Below, one piece after another: positions 39,993 through 48,185 of a stretch of 64,000 nucleotides of DNA. The notes below the pieces were generated by a model, which worked only from the letters and a program-made list of their open reading frames with translations, searched no databases and was not told where the DNA came from. The translations under genes and the position numbers were made by a program. Position 1 is the stretch's first letter. Each line of letters opens with the position of its first letter. The stretch is from Clostridia bacterium (GTDB lineage: Bacteria > Bacillota > DSM-521 > Neomoorellales > SLTJ01), in the NCBI GenBank assembly GCA_024653205.1, contig JANLFO010000003.1, forward strand, positions 19,901 to 83,900. Direction: 5' to 3'.

Positions 39993-40819
39993 GCCGCATC
40001 GGCGCGATATTCTCGCCCGGCCGCCCGCCTGCCCTCATACCCTACCTTACCGCGGGCTACCCGGATGAGCGGGCCACCCTGGAAGCGGTGAGGTTGCTGG
40101 CAGCCGAAGGTGCCGACCTGGTGGAACTGGGCATCCCCTTTTCCGACCCTCTGGCCGACGGGGTTACCATCCAGAAGGCCAGCCACGAGGCGCTGAGCGC
40201 CGGAACTACCGCCGAGCGGTGCCTGGAGATGGCCCGGGAACTGCGCCGGCAGGTAGAAATCCCCCTGGTGTTCATGACCTACTACAACCCGGTGCTGCGC
40301 TACGGGCCGGAGGCCTTCTGCGCCCACTGCGCCCGGGCAGGGATCGACGGCCTAATCGTGCCGGATCTTCCCCCCGAAGAAGGCGGCGAACTGGAGGCCG
40401 CCTGCCGGGCGCACGGGCTGGACCTGATCTACCTCTTGGCCCCCACCAGCACCCCGGAGCGCATCCGTCTGGTGGCCGGCCGCTCCACCGGCTTTATTTA
40501 CCTGGTTTCCGTTACCGGCGTTACCGGCGCCCGCGACACCCTGCCCCCGGAACTGGCCGACCTGGTGGCGGCGGTCAGGCAGCACACCCGCCGGCCGGTA
40601 TGCGTGGGCTTCGGCATTTCCACGCCCGGGCAGGCGGCCGAAGTGGCCCGCTTGGCGGACGGGGTCATAGTGGGAAGCCGCATCGTGCAGATAATGGGTC
40701 AGGGAGAGAACTGGCGCTCGGAACTCACCCGGTTTGCCCGGCAGTTGAGGCAGGCGCTGGATAACAGCGCCGCCGACCCCCGCCGCGCCGGGCCTACTTC
40801 ACCAGCCGGCCGCGCATGA
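39989..40819 (+). CDS. trpA: tryptophan synthase alpha chain
   Basis: ATG overlaps the trpB stop (ATGA). [40 protein letters not shown]. The track ORF's 265 upstream codons are an out-of-frame overlap with trpB and are not coding. Confidence 0.94.
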   Translation: MSRIGAIFSPGRPPALIPYLTAGYPDERATLEAVRLLAAEGADLVELGIPFSDPLADGVTIQKASHEALSAGTTAERCLEMARELRRQVEIPLVFMTYYNPVLRYGPEAFCAHCARAGIDGLIVPDLPPEEGGELEAACRAHGLDLIYLLAPTSTPERIRLVAGRSTGFIYLVSVTGVTGARDTLPPELADLVAAVRQHTRRPVCVGFGISTPGQAAEVARLADGVIVGSRIVQIMGQGENWRSELTRFARQLRQALDNSAADPRRAGPTSPAGRA

Positions 40820-41585
40820 GCCGGACCGGCAGGTTGAACAGGAGGCCGGCCACCACGGCCAGCCAGAGGGCGTGGGTCCAGAGAGACGAGCTCACGGCCC
40901 CCAGGACGAACGCCCGTACCAGGGCCACCGAGTGATAGAGCGGGGTGAGCCAGCTCAGGCTGCGCACCACGGCCGGCAGACCTTCCACGGGAAAGAAAAC
41001 CCCGCCGAAGAGAAACATGGGGGTGATCAGGAGGGTGAAGAAGTAGTTGAAGGTCTCGATTCGCGGGGCAAAACTGGTCCAGACCATGGAAAGCTCGGCG
41101 AAGATCAGGCCGGCCAGGGCCAGCACCGGCGGCGCCAGCAAGACCCAGGGAGAGGCCACCAGACCCAGCAGGCAGAGCACGACGATTATTACCGAACCGT
41201 AGAGCACGCTCTTGAAGGCGCCGTAGAACATCTCCGCGGCAATCAGTTCCTCTACGCTCACCGGCGTGGCGGTAATGGCCTCGTACACCCGCTGGTAATG
41301 CAGCCGCACGAAGCTGTCGTAGGTGCATTCGGCCGCCGTGGCCCACATGGCCGAGGAGGCCACCAGACCCGGGGCCACGAATTGCAGGTAACTCATGCCC
41401 TCTATGTTCTGGACGTAGCTCCCCAGGCCGTACCCCATGGCCACCAGGTACAGCACCGGCTCGATGAAGTTGAACATGAGGTTGGACTTCCAGTTCTTCT
41501 TGAAGACCACCAGGTTGCGGTAGCATACGGTCCAGACCAGAGGGGTGAGCCTCGGCCACAGGAACAGGGGCAGCGGGTTCTTCAA
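40794..41585 (-). CDS. ABC-2 type transporter permease (NodJ/DrrB-like)
   Basis: A 263-aa six-TM protein. The TTG start overlaps the ATPase stop (TTGA). Its 3' end overlaps the trpA 3' end by 26 nt (convergent). Confidence 0.85.
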   Translation of the reverse strand: MKNPLPLFLWPRLTPLVWTVCYRNLVVFKKNWKSNLMFNFIEPVLYLVAMGYGLGSYVQNIEGMSYLQFVAPGLVASSAMWATAAECTYDSFVRLHYQRVYEAITATPVSVEELIAAEMFYGAFKSVLYGSVIIVVLCLLGLVASPWVLLAPPVLALAGLIFAELSMVWTSFAPRIETFNYFFTLLITPMFLFGGVFFPVEGLPAVVRSLSWLTPLYHSVALVRAFVLGAVSSSLWTHALWLAVVAGLLFNLPVRLMRGRLVK

Positions 41586-42547
41586 TCCCCTATCCCCCTC
41601 CCGGTCAGCTTGAAGAACACGTCTTCCAGGTTGGCGGGACGCACCCGGCGGTACGGCAGAGGAAATGAAAGCCGCGGCAGGACTTCTTCGGAAAGGCCGT
41701 CGCCGTCGAAGGGAAAGAAGAATACCTCGCCCACCCGGTAGTAATCCCGGCAGTACGGCCGCAGGCGCTCCAACAGCTCCGCCTGCCACTCCGGTGCCAC
41801 GCTTACCTCCAGCACCTGCCGGCCGATGTGCTTGGCCACCAGGGCCTGGGGTTCCCCAATTTCCAGTATCCGACCCCGGTCCATTACGGCCAGGCGGTCG
41901 CACAGGGCGTGGGCCTCTTCCAGGTAGTGGGTGGTCAGTATCAGCGTGAGCCCCTCTTCCCTCAGGTGGCGCAGCCGCTGCCACACCAGCTGCCGCACCT
42001 GAGGGTCCAGACCGGCGGTAGGCTCGTCCAGAACCAACAGGGCCGGCCGGTTCACCAGGGCCCGGGCCAGGGTGAGCCGCCGCTTCAACCCGCCGGAAAG
42101 CTCCTCCACCGGCCGGTTAGCCCTATCGGCCAGATCCATGAATTCCAGCAGTTCCCACGCCCGCCTTCGGGCCTCCGCACCCTTCAGGCCGAAGTAGCGG
42201 GCGTAGACCAGCAGATTCTCCAGCACGGTCAGCTCGGGATCGAGATTGTCGCTCTGGGAAACCACTCCCAGGCGCTGCTTGATCTCCCGGGCCTGCCTGA
42301 GCGGTGAGCGTCCCAGAACCCGCAACTCGCCCCCGCCCGGAGGCAGGGAGCAGCAGATCATCCTTACGGTGGTGGTCTTGCCGGCGCCGTTGGGCCCCAG
42401 GAAACCGAAACACTCCCGGTACGAGATGGCAAAATCGATTCCGTCCACGGCCTTAAGGCCGGAAAAATCCTTGGCCAGGCCTCTGGCCGTTACTGCGTAT
42501 TCGTTCTCCGGTGCGTACATCGGCGCGTCACCCGCGAAACCGGCCAC
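41582..42547 (-). CDS. ABC transporter ATP-binding protein (NodI/DrrA-like)
   Basis: Walker A GPNGAGKTT, signature LSGGLKRRL, Walker B LLVLDEPTAGLD. The start is uncertain (GTG 42547 or ATG 42520). Confidence 0.92.
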   Translation of the reverse strand: MAGFAGDAPMYAPENEYAVTARGLAKDFSGLKAVDGIDFAISYRECFGFLGPNGAGKTTTVRMICCSLPPGGGELRVLGRSPLRQAREIKQRLGVVSQSDNLDPELTVLENLLVYARYFGLKGAEARRRAWELLEFMDLADRANRPVEELSGGLKRRLTLARALVNRPALLVLDEPTAGLDPQVRQLVWQRLRHLREEGLTLILTTHYLEEAHALCDRLAVMDRGRILEIGEPQALVAKHIGRQVLEVSVAPEWQAELLERLRPYCRDYYRVGEVFFFPFDGDGLSEEVLPRLSFPLPYRRVRPANLEDVFFKLTGRGIGD

Positions 42548-42610
42548 GGCGGCAAGAAACGGGCCCCTCTGCCAGGAGCCTCCCGCCCCGGACAGCCGGG
42601 CCGGGAACGT

Positions 42611-43543
42611 CTACCAGGGGAACCCCCGGGAGGGAACCGCAAGGGCCTGCGGCCGCGGCCCCGATCGGGCCAGGATCGCGCCGGTCAGAGCGCCGAAAAC
42701 CAGGTTGGACCCCGCCAGCTCCATCAGGTGGATCCTGGCTACCGCCTCCGGCATGTACGGGTTGGGCAGCAGCAGCTGCAGGCTCCAGACCGAGAAAAGC
42801 ATCGCCGTGGCCAGGCATACCTCCCAGCGCCCGCCCGGGTGCACTCCGATCACGGGCAGGGCAAGGACAGCCCAAAGCAGGCCGCGAAAGGCCTGAAAGG
42901 CAAACATCCAGGGAGTAGAATCCCACACCGCAGCCACCTGGGCGACGAGGCTGGCGGCCTCGGCACCGCCGTAGAAGGCGCGCACCTCGGGCCTTGCCCA
43001 GGCCACGAAGTATCCGAAGCAGAAGTATAACGCCACGTAGATTCCCGCTACCGCCGCCAGCCGCCAGACCCAGCCCCAGGCCGAACGGCGTAAACCCGGC
43101 AGCCTGGGTGCGGCCACCAGCCGGGCCTGCCACTTCCCCAGCAGGGCCACCGCCGCTACCGCAAAGACGGCGGCCACCAGCGCGCCCGCTCCAATCAGCC
43201 GGGTTACGGTGTCCGGCGGCAGGCCCAGGTATACCAGGGATTCCAGCTGGTTAATCAGGGTGTTAAGGCCGAAAAAGGCCACGAACACCGTGGCCGCCAG
43301 TGCCCAGCCGGTTTGTCGCGCCCGCAGGATCAGGTAGGTCATCACCGCCGCCTCGGCCAGGCCGACCAGGAACAGCAGCGCCAGGGTGCGGCCCCCCTCG
43401 GCCGCCAAGGCCTCCGCGTCGATCTCCCCTGCGGCCGGCACGCCTACCAGGACGGAGAATAGGGGGGTACAAACCGCCAATACCACCGCGAGCAGCACTA
43501 TCTTGGCTACAAGAACCCCTGCCCGCCTTGAGCCTCGAGACAA
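42611..43543 (-). CDS. hypothetical polytopic membrane protein (310 aa), first gene of the ABC-2 module
   Basis: TTG start follows GGGGAGGAGG. About 8 hydrophobic segments. No family recognised by eye. Confidence 0.6.
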   Translation of the reverse strand: MSRGSRRAGVLVAKIVLLAVVLAVCTPLFSVLVGVPAAGEIDAEALAAEGGRTLALLFLVGLAEAAVMTYLILRARQTGWALAATVFVAFFGLNTLINQLESLVYLGLPPDTVTRLIGAGALVAAVFAVAAVALLGKWQARLVAAPRLPGLRRSAWGWVWRLAAVAGIYVALYFCFGYFVAWARPEVRAFYGGAEAASLVAQVAAVWDSTPWMFAFQAFRGLLWAVLALPVIGVHPGGRWEVCLATAMLFSVWSLQLLLPNPYMPEAVARIHLMELAGSNLVFGALTGAILARSGPRPQALAVPSRGFPW

Positions 43544-43929
43544 AAGGCCTCCTCCCCTCTCTCGGACGAATGGCCGCGAGCCCTCCGGACCCGCCGTTTT
43601 CCCTCTCCCCTATAGTTCTCGCCCGAGAGAATTTTCCCTCCCCAAGCCGGGCTGGGATTCACTGCAATCCGGCATGGTAAGTCCCCGGATACAGGCTCCG
43701 ACGTCATTGTCTACCAGGTCAATTTGGGAAACGTGACGGCCGAGACATGGCTCTCCAGACGGCCGGCGCCAGGCTTCTCTCAGACACGCTGCAGCCAAGC
43801 GCAGTCGAAATGGGTAGGCCCGCGTCCGGTTCAATCCCCTTTTTTCAGCACGATCACATTGACCGCCAACGCCTCTGCACCCCCCCTGAGCACATTAGGG
43901 CAATGGTCTAACGGACTAAAATCGTACGC

Positions 43930-45540
43930 TCCCAATCCTGACGGAAGCAGCTCACAAGAAGGCCGTTTTTACGATAAAGGCTGAGAGACAGCAAGCATCC
44001 ATAATACAGAAGTACGATCCTGGTAGTTGTTTGAATTACTGGGCTTGCTCGTTGCCATGACCATTAGCAAGCATTGAGTCGAGAATCCTGGGCAATACTG
44101 TTTCACATGTTCCGCAGGCCTTAAGTATTCTACCATGGTCAAAGCGATCGATATGCACATCGAATCGGCCCCTTAACGCAGGTACCAAACTTGCGTCAGT
44201 GTCAACCACGATCATCTTCTGATTCTCATTCGTTGCCATAGATCTCGAGATGATCTTGGTTATGTAGGCGTCAGATTCAGAGAATGAGTATCCAACGATT
44301 ATCAGGACAGCTGCTTCTTCAATGCTCTGCCTTGCATAATTCCATATATCTACCAAGCTTGGAAACATTAAGAACTTGAATGATAGAGGAGGAACTAGCA
44401 GCGGCCGACGCAAGCCGCCGCACTTTTTGCAAATGCCGAGTACCGGGTAACTAAGTGTGTCCGCCTCGAATATTTTCTTCACTTCAAGCAAATTAAATTC
44501 GCGTACATCCTGGCAGGAACTACAGTATGACCAGTTTATAGAGCCGTGCATTTTGATCAATTGAACGGCATTCGGATTATCTTCGTTTTTTCCGCTAATC
44601 GTTCCTCTAAGGGTAATTTTCTCAGTTAGCAGTGCTTCATCCATGCAACCGTCATAGTTCGTTGTAATAATCGTTGTGTGATTATGCTTTTGAATGAAAT
44701 TAACAATGGCCTTGTGTGTTTCATTAGGAGGTGCAGCAATCATAGTACTCGTTAGGAGACCAAACAACGTTTGTAGAGTATCCTGGAGAAAACCAATGGA
44801 CGATACGTCTGCCATAATTCGCCTAATGCTTCCGAAGGTTTCACCCTCCCCACCAACTTCTTGACCCATAGAGTACAAGAAATAATCAACTAGGGCAGTA
44901 ATATGTCTGTTCTTAGCGATAAAATCAGAAACATAAGCGGCAGTCAGCAGATCTTCTATATTCTTTATTTGTCGCCTGTCACACCACCTGCGTAGGTTCT
45001 CCAAGTCTTCACGGCCTATTTTTCTCGCTCTATTCCACAGCTCCGGCAGCAACTGCTTGACCGTGGGGATGCCTGAGTAGGCAGAAGCTCCAGCACCTAG
45101 CAAGAAGGTAACCTTAGTGTCATTACTAACCCTTATGCCCCATACTTCTTTATCTATTACAGGTTCCTCTTCTACTGACATTATCGCTTGACTGATTTCC
45201 TTGATTATAGCCGGAGGGAACCTATCTGCGAATACCTCATACTTTCGCCATATCTCTACCCACCTCGGATCCAACGGTTCGTCCTCTGGTTTCCGTTGTA
45301 GAAACTCATGCATAATGCGGATGGCAAATGTAACAGGGGGGTATTGTTCCAATCTTGTCAATACATGTTGTTGTCGTGGAGAAATGTCTGCCATTTCATC
45401 ACCTCCTAGTAGTGATTTTGCGGTTCCACCCTCATGGTTTACCGCTCGTTCGCCTCTAGCTGTTGATTATGGTCACAAACCGTTCCAGTCCCTCGTCGGC
45501 TCAGTGTTCCGATTGCACGGCGAATTCTTTACACCCTGTA
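43930..45540. other. low-GC islet (putative horizontally acquired insertion) carrying only the SIR2-like gene
   Basis: Hand counts of 60-nt lines give 35-52% GC inside, against about 60-73% in the flanks. Codon choice is AT-rich. No integrase, transposase, tRNA or clear direct repeats. Confidence 0.7.
44036..45394 (-). CDS. SIR2-family protein (SIR2_2-like NAD-binding/NADase fold with sirtuin-like Zn ribbon), 452 aa
   Basis: ATG lies 7 nt after AGGAGGTGA. Motifs are FLLGAGASAYSGIP (res 97-110), ITTNYDGCMDEAL (243-255), KMHGSINW (His283), CSSC(291-294)...CKKCGG(322-327)LRRP, and IIVGYSFSESD (365-375). The N-terminal 95 aa are unassigned. Confidence 0.8.
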   Translation of the reverse strand: MADISPRQQHVLTRLEQYPPVTFAIRIMHEFLQRKPEDEPLDPRWVEIWRKYEVFADRFPPAIIKEISQAIMSVEEEPVIDKEVWGIRVSNDTKVTFLLGAGASAYSGIPTVKQLLPELWNRARKIGREDLENLRRWCDRRQIKNIEDLLTAAYVSDFIAKNRHITALVDYFLYSMGQEVGGEGETFGSIRRIMADVSSIGFLQDTLQTLFGLLTSTMIAAPPNETHKAIVNFIQKHNHTTIITTNYDGCMDEALLTEKITLRGTISGKNEDNPNAVQLIKMHGSINWSYCSSCQDVREFNLLEVKKIFEADTLSYPVLGICKKCGGLRRPLLVPPLSFKFLMFPSLVDIWNYARQSIEEAAVLIIVGYSFSESDAYITKIISRSMATNENQKMIVVDTDASLVPALRGRFDVHIDRFDHGRILKACGTCETVLPRILDSMLANGHGNEQAQ

Positions 45541-45698
45541 CCCCTTTGGACCTACAGTCCACGCCGGGCAACCAAGCGTCGCGCCGCCTTCGGCCATCGA
45601 CCAGCCTCAGCCGCCGGTATCTTCGACACGTCGCCTCCTAGATATCATTCGAGGTCGACGACAGGATTCCTCCTACTATCTGGCAACTCATGGAGGAA

Positions 45699-46481
45699 TT
45701 ACCGGCGCCCGGTGCCGCATAAGGGGCAGTCGGGGTTGCGCTCTATCTTCACTTCCCGGAAGGACATGCAGAGGGCGTCGAAAAGAAGGAGCCTGCCGGC
45801 AAGGGGGCTGCCCGCCCCCAGGATGAGCTTTAGCGCCTCCGCCGCCTGAATGACGCCGATGACGCCGGGTGCCACGCCCATTACCCCGGCCTCGCGGGCG
45901 CCGGCCACCGCGCCGGCCGGTGGCGGAACCGGGAAGAGGCACCGGTAGCAGGGGCTCTGCCCGGGGAGGATGGTGGTCACCATGCCCTCCCAGCGCAGGA
46001 CCCCGGCCTCAATCAGCGGCTTTCCGGCCGAATGGCAGGCGTCGTTCACCACGTAGCGGCTGGGAAGGTTGTCCACCGCGTCGATCACCAGATCGTAACT
46101 GGCGACGAGGGAAAGGGCATTGTCCGGAGAAAGGGTGAGCGGGTGAGGCTCAACCCTCACCTCGGGGTTGAGGGCTTCCACGGCCTCCTTCGCCGAGAGG
46201 GCCTTGGGCCGGCCGATCCGGCCGGTGGCGTGCAGAACCTGGCGCTGCAGGTTGGAAAGCTCTACCCGGTCGGCGTCCACCAGCCCCAGGGTGCCCACGC
46301 CGGCGGCCGCCAGGTAGAGCGCCGCCGGGGAGCCCAGGCCTCCGGCGCCTACGATCAATACCCTGGCCCGGCGCAGCTTTTCCTGGCCCGCCTCCCCTAC
46401 CTCGGGCAGGACAAGCTGGCGCGAGTAGCGCGCCTGCTGCTCAGGAGTCAGTCCGGATGCTTTCACCCTTTCTCCCCTCAT
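45699..46481 (-). CDS. moeB: ThiF/MoeB family adenylyltransferase (molybdopterin-synthase or sulfur-carrier adenylyltransferase)
   Basis: YSRQLVLPEVGEAGQEKL...VLIVGAGGLGSPAALYLAAAGVG, plus CYRC...CPLC zinc ligands. Confidence 0.88.
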   Translation of the reverse strand: MRGERVKASGLTPEQQARYSRQLVLPEVGEAGQEKLRRARVLIVGAGGLGSPAALYLAAAGVGTLGLVDADRVELSNLQRQVLHATGRIGRPKALSAKEAVEALNPEVRVEPHPLTLSPDNALSLVASYDLVIDAVDNLPSRYVVNDACHSAGKPLIEAGVLRWEGMVTTILPGQSPCYRCLFPVPPPAGAVAGAREAGVMGVAPGVIGVIQAAEALKLILGAGSPLAGRLLLFDALCMSFREVKIERNPDCPLCGTGRR

Positions 46482-46585
46482 CCCGAGATTCGGACGGTAA
46501 CGTACTCGCCGGTTCGACTAGACAATATTATACTATATGAAGGTGGGGCCGGGGGCGAACCGCGGCAGGCCCGCCGGCACCGGAG

Positions 46586-46632
46586 CCGGGGGCGGGACCG
46601 TCCCGACGGGCAAGAAGTCCGGCCGCCCCCGG
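46586..46632 (-). other. strong stem-loop immediately downstream of spoIVA (10-bp GC stem, no U-tract)
   Basis: On the minus strand CCGGGGGCGG pairs with CCGCCCCCGG, and there is an inner CCGTC/GACGG hairpin. Confidence 0.55.
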
Positions 46633-46634
46633 TT

Positions 46635-48113
46635 CTAGATGATTATGCATATCAGGCCGCCGCTGCCCTCGTTGACTATGCGCTCCAGCGTCTCCCTGAG
46701 TTTGGCCTGGGCGTTTTCCGGCATGCGGTAGAGCTTGCTCTGGATTCCTTCCCGCACCAGCTGGCTCAACGGCTTGCCGAAGATGTTGGTCTGCCATATC
46801 TTCTGGGGATCGTCCTCGAATTCGTCCAGCATGTAGCGCACCAGTTCCTCGCACTGGCGCTCGGTGCCGATGAGGGGCGTGATCTCGGTGGTGATGTCGG
46901 CCCGGATCAGGTGGTAGCTGGGCGCGGTGGCCTTGAGCCTCACGCCGAAGCGCCCGCCCTGGCGGATAAGTTCGGGCTCGGAGAGTTCCATCTCGTCTAC
47001 ACCGGGGGTGACGATGCCGTAGCCGGTGTTGCGCACCTCGGCCAGACCCGCCGCCACCTTGTCGTACTCCCGCTTGGCCAGGGCCAACTCGCGCATCAGG
47101 CGCAGCAGTTCGTGCTCGCCGCGAATGCTCAACCCGCTTACTTCTTCCAGAATGCCGTGGAATACTCCGTCCTCCAGCGCCACTTCCACCGTGGCCACGC
47201 CGGTCCCCAGGTCCATGTGCTTCAAAGCCGCCCGGGCCACCTTCTCTTCCCGGCCGAGGTTTTCCACCAGGCGGTCAACGTCCCGCAGGCGCCGCACCTG
47301 ATCCACTTCCCGGGCCACCGCCTCCTCCAGCCGGCGCCGCAGCCAGTGTTCCGGTTCCAGCTCCTGCACCCACAGAGGCAGGTTCACGTTGACTTCTACC
47401 ACCGGGAACTCGTAGAGCACCTGCTCCAGGATGTTTAGCAGGTCGGACTCGCCCAGGTTGAGGCAGTCCACCGGGATAACCGGCACCCCGTACTGCTGCT
47501 CCAGCTCCTGAGCCAGGCTCACGGTTTCCGCCGCCAGCGGGTGGGCGGAGTTGAGCAGGACCAGGAAGGGCTTCTCCAGCTCCTTCAGCTCCCACACCAC
47601 CCGCTCCTCGGCAGAGACGTAATTCTCCCGGGGAATGTCGGTCACGCTGCCGTCGGTGGTTACCACCACCCCGATGGTCGAGTGATCGGCGATCACCTTG
47701 CGGGTGCCCAGCTCCGCCGCCTGCTGGAAGGGAATGTCCTCGTCAAACCACGGGGTTCGTACCATGCGCGGACCGGTTTCGGTCTCGTATCCCAGCGCTC
47801 CCTCCACCGTGTACCCCACGCAGTCTACCATTCGCACGCGCATCGGTACGCCTTCGCGAACCGTGATCTCTACCGCCTCGTCGGGAATGAACTTGGGTTC
47901 GGTGGTCATAATGGTGCGACCGGCGCCGCTCTGCGGCAATTCGTCCTTGGCCCGGTCGCGCTCGTTGGGGTTTCTGATGTTGGGAAGAACCAGAAGCTCC
48001 ATAAAACGCTTGATGAAGGTAGACTTGCCCGTACGTACCGGCCCCACTACGCCTACGTAAATGTCGCCGCCCGTACGCTCGGCGATGTCCCGGAAAATAT
48101 CGTGCTGTTCCAC
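46635..48113 (-). CDS. spoIVA: stage IV sporulation protein A (spore coat morphogenetic ATPase)
   Basis: GTG 48113 follows GGGGGAG and gives 492 aa, the B. subtilis length. VEQHDIFRDIAERTGGDIYVGVVGPVRTGKSTFIKRFMELLVLPNI is near-canonical. Confidence 0.96.
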   Translation of the reverse strand: MEQHDIFRDIAERTGGDIYVGVVGPVRTGKSTFIKRFMELLVLPNIRNPNERDRAKDELPQSGAGRTIMTTEPKFIPDEAVEITVREGVPMRVRMVDCVGYTVEGALGYETETGPRMVRTPWFDEDIPFQQAAELGTRKVIADHSTIGVVVTTDGSVTDIPRENYVSAEERVVWELKELEKPFLVLLNSAHPLAAETVSLAQELEQQYGVPVIPVDCLNLGESDLLNILEQVLYEFPVVEVNVNLPLWVQELEPEHWLRRRLEEAVAREVDQVRRLRDVDRLVENLGREEKVARAALKHMDLGTGVATVEVALEDGVFHGILEEVSGLSIRGEHELLRLMRELALAKREYDKVAAGLAEVRNTGYGIVTPGVDEMELSEPELIRQGGRFGVRLKATAPSYHLIRADITTEITPLIGTERQCEELVRYMLDEFEDDPQKIWQTNIFGKPLSQLVREGIQSKLYRMPENAQAKLRETLERIVNEGSGGLICIII

Positions 48114-48185
48114 CCTTCTCCCCCCTGGCCGTGTGGCCCGCCGGCCCCACCGACTGTTCCTGGATTTGGCACGCCTGGACACTAT

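Noticed and set aside
43559-43625. Guanidine-I (ykkC)-like strings on the minus strand upstream of the membrane/ABC operon: ACGGCGGG and GTCCGAGAG, plus CTATAGGGG.
   Set aside because: In the ykkC consensus the order is CUAGGG..GGUCCGAGAG..ACGGCGGGA..CCCGGGAGA. Here ACGGCGGG precedes GTCCGAGAG, and the 3' CCCGGGAGA element is replaced by the RBS. The architecture does not fit. It should still be run through Rfam.
43828-43837. tRNA-like T-loop string GGTTCAATCC at the left side of the islet (possible tRNA fragment or att site).
   Set aside because: The flanking bases cannot form a T-stem (GTCCG with CCCCT, or TCCGG with CCCTT). No acceptor, anticodon arms or CCA context are present.
43724-43984. 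Track ORFs inside or next to the islet: 43724-43984(+), 43969-44160(-), 45201-45641(+), 45463-45849(+), 43610-43834(-).
   Set aside because: They have no RBS and overlap the SIR2 gene or its flanks in other frames. Their composition is Ser/Pro/Arg-rich and they have no motifs, so they are unlikely to be partner genes.
43934-45668. Possible terminal inverted repeat of the islet: AATCCTGACGG (43934-43944) against the reverse complement of 45658-45668 (AATCCTGTCGT).
   Set aside because: Only 9 of 11 positions match, it is short, and it is not at the compositional boundaries. That is compatible with chance in two 300-nt regions.
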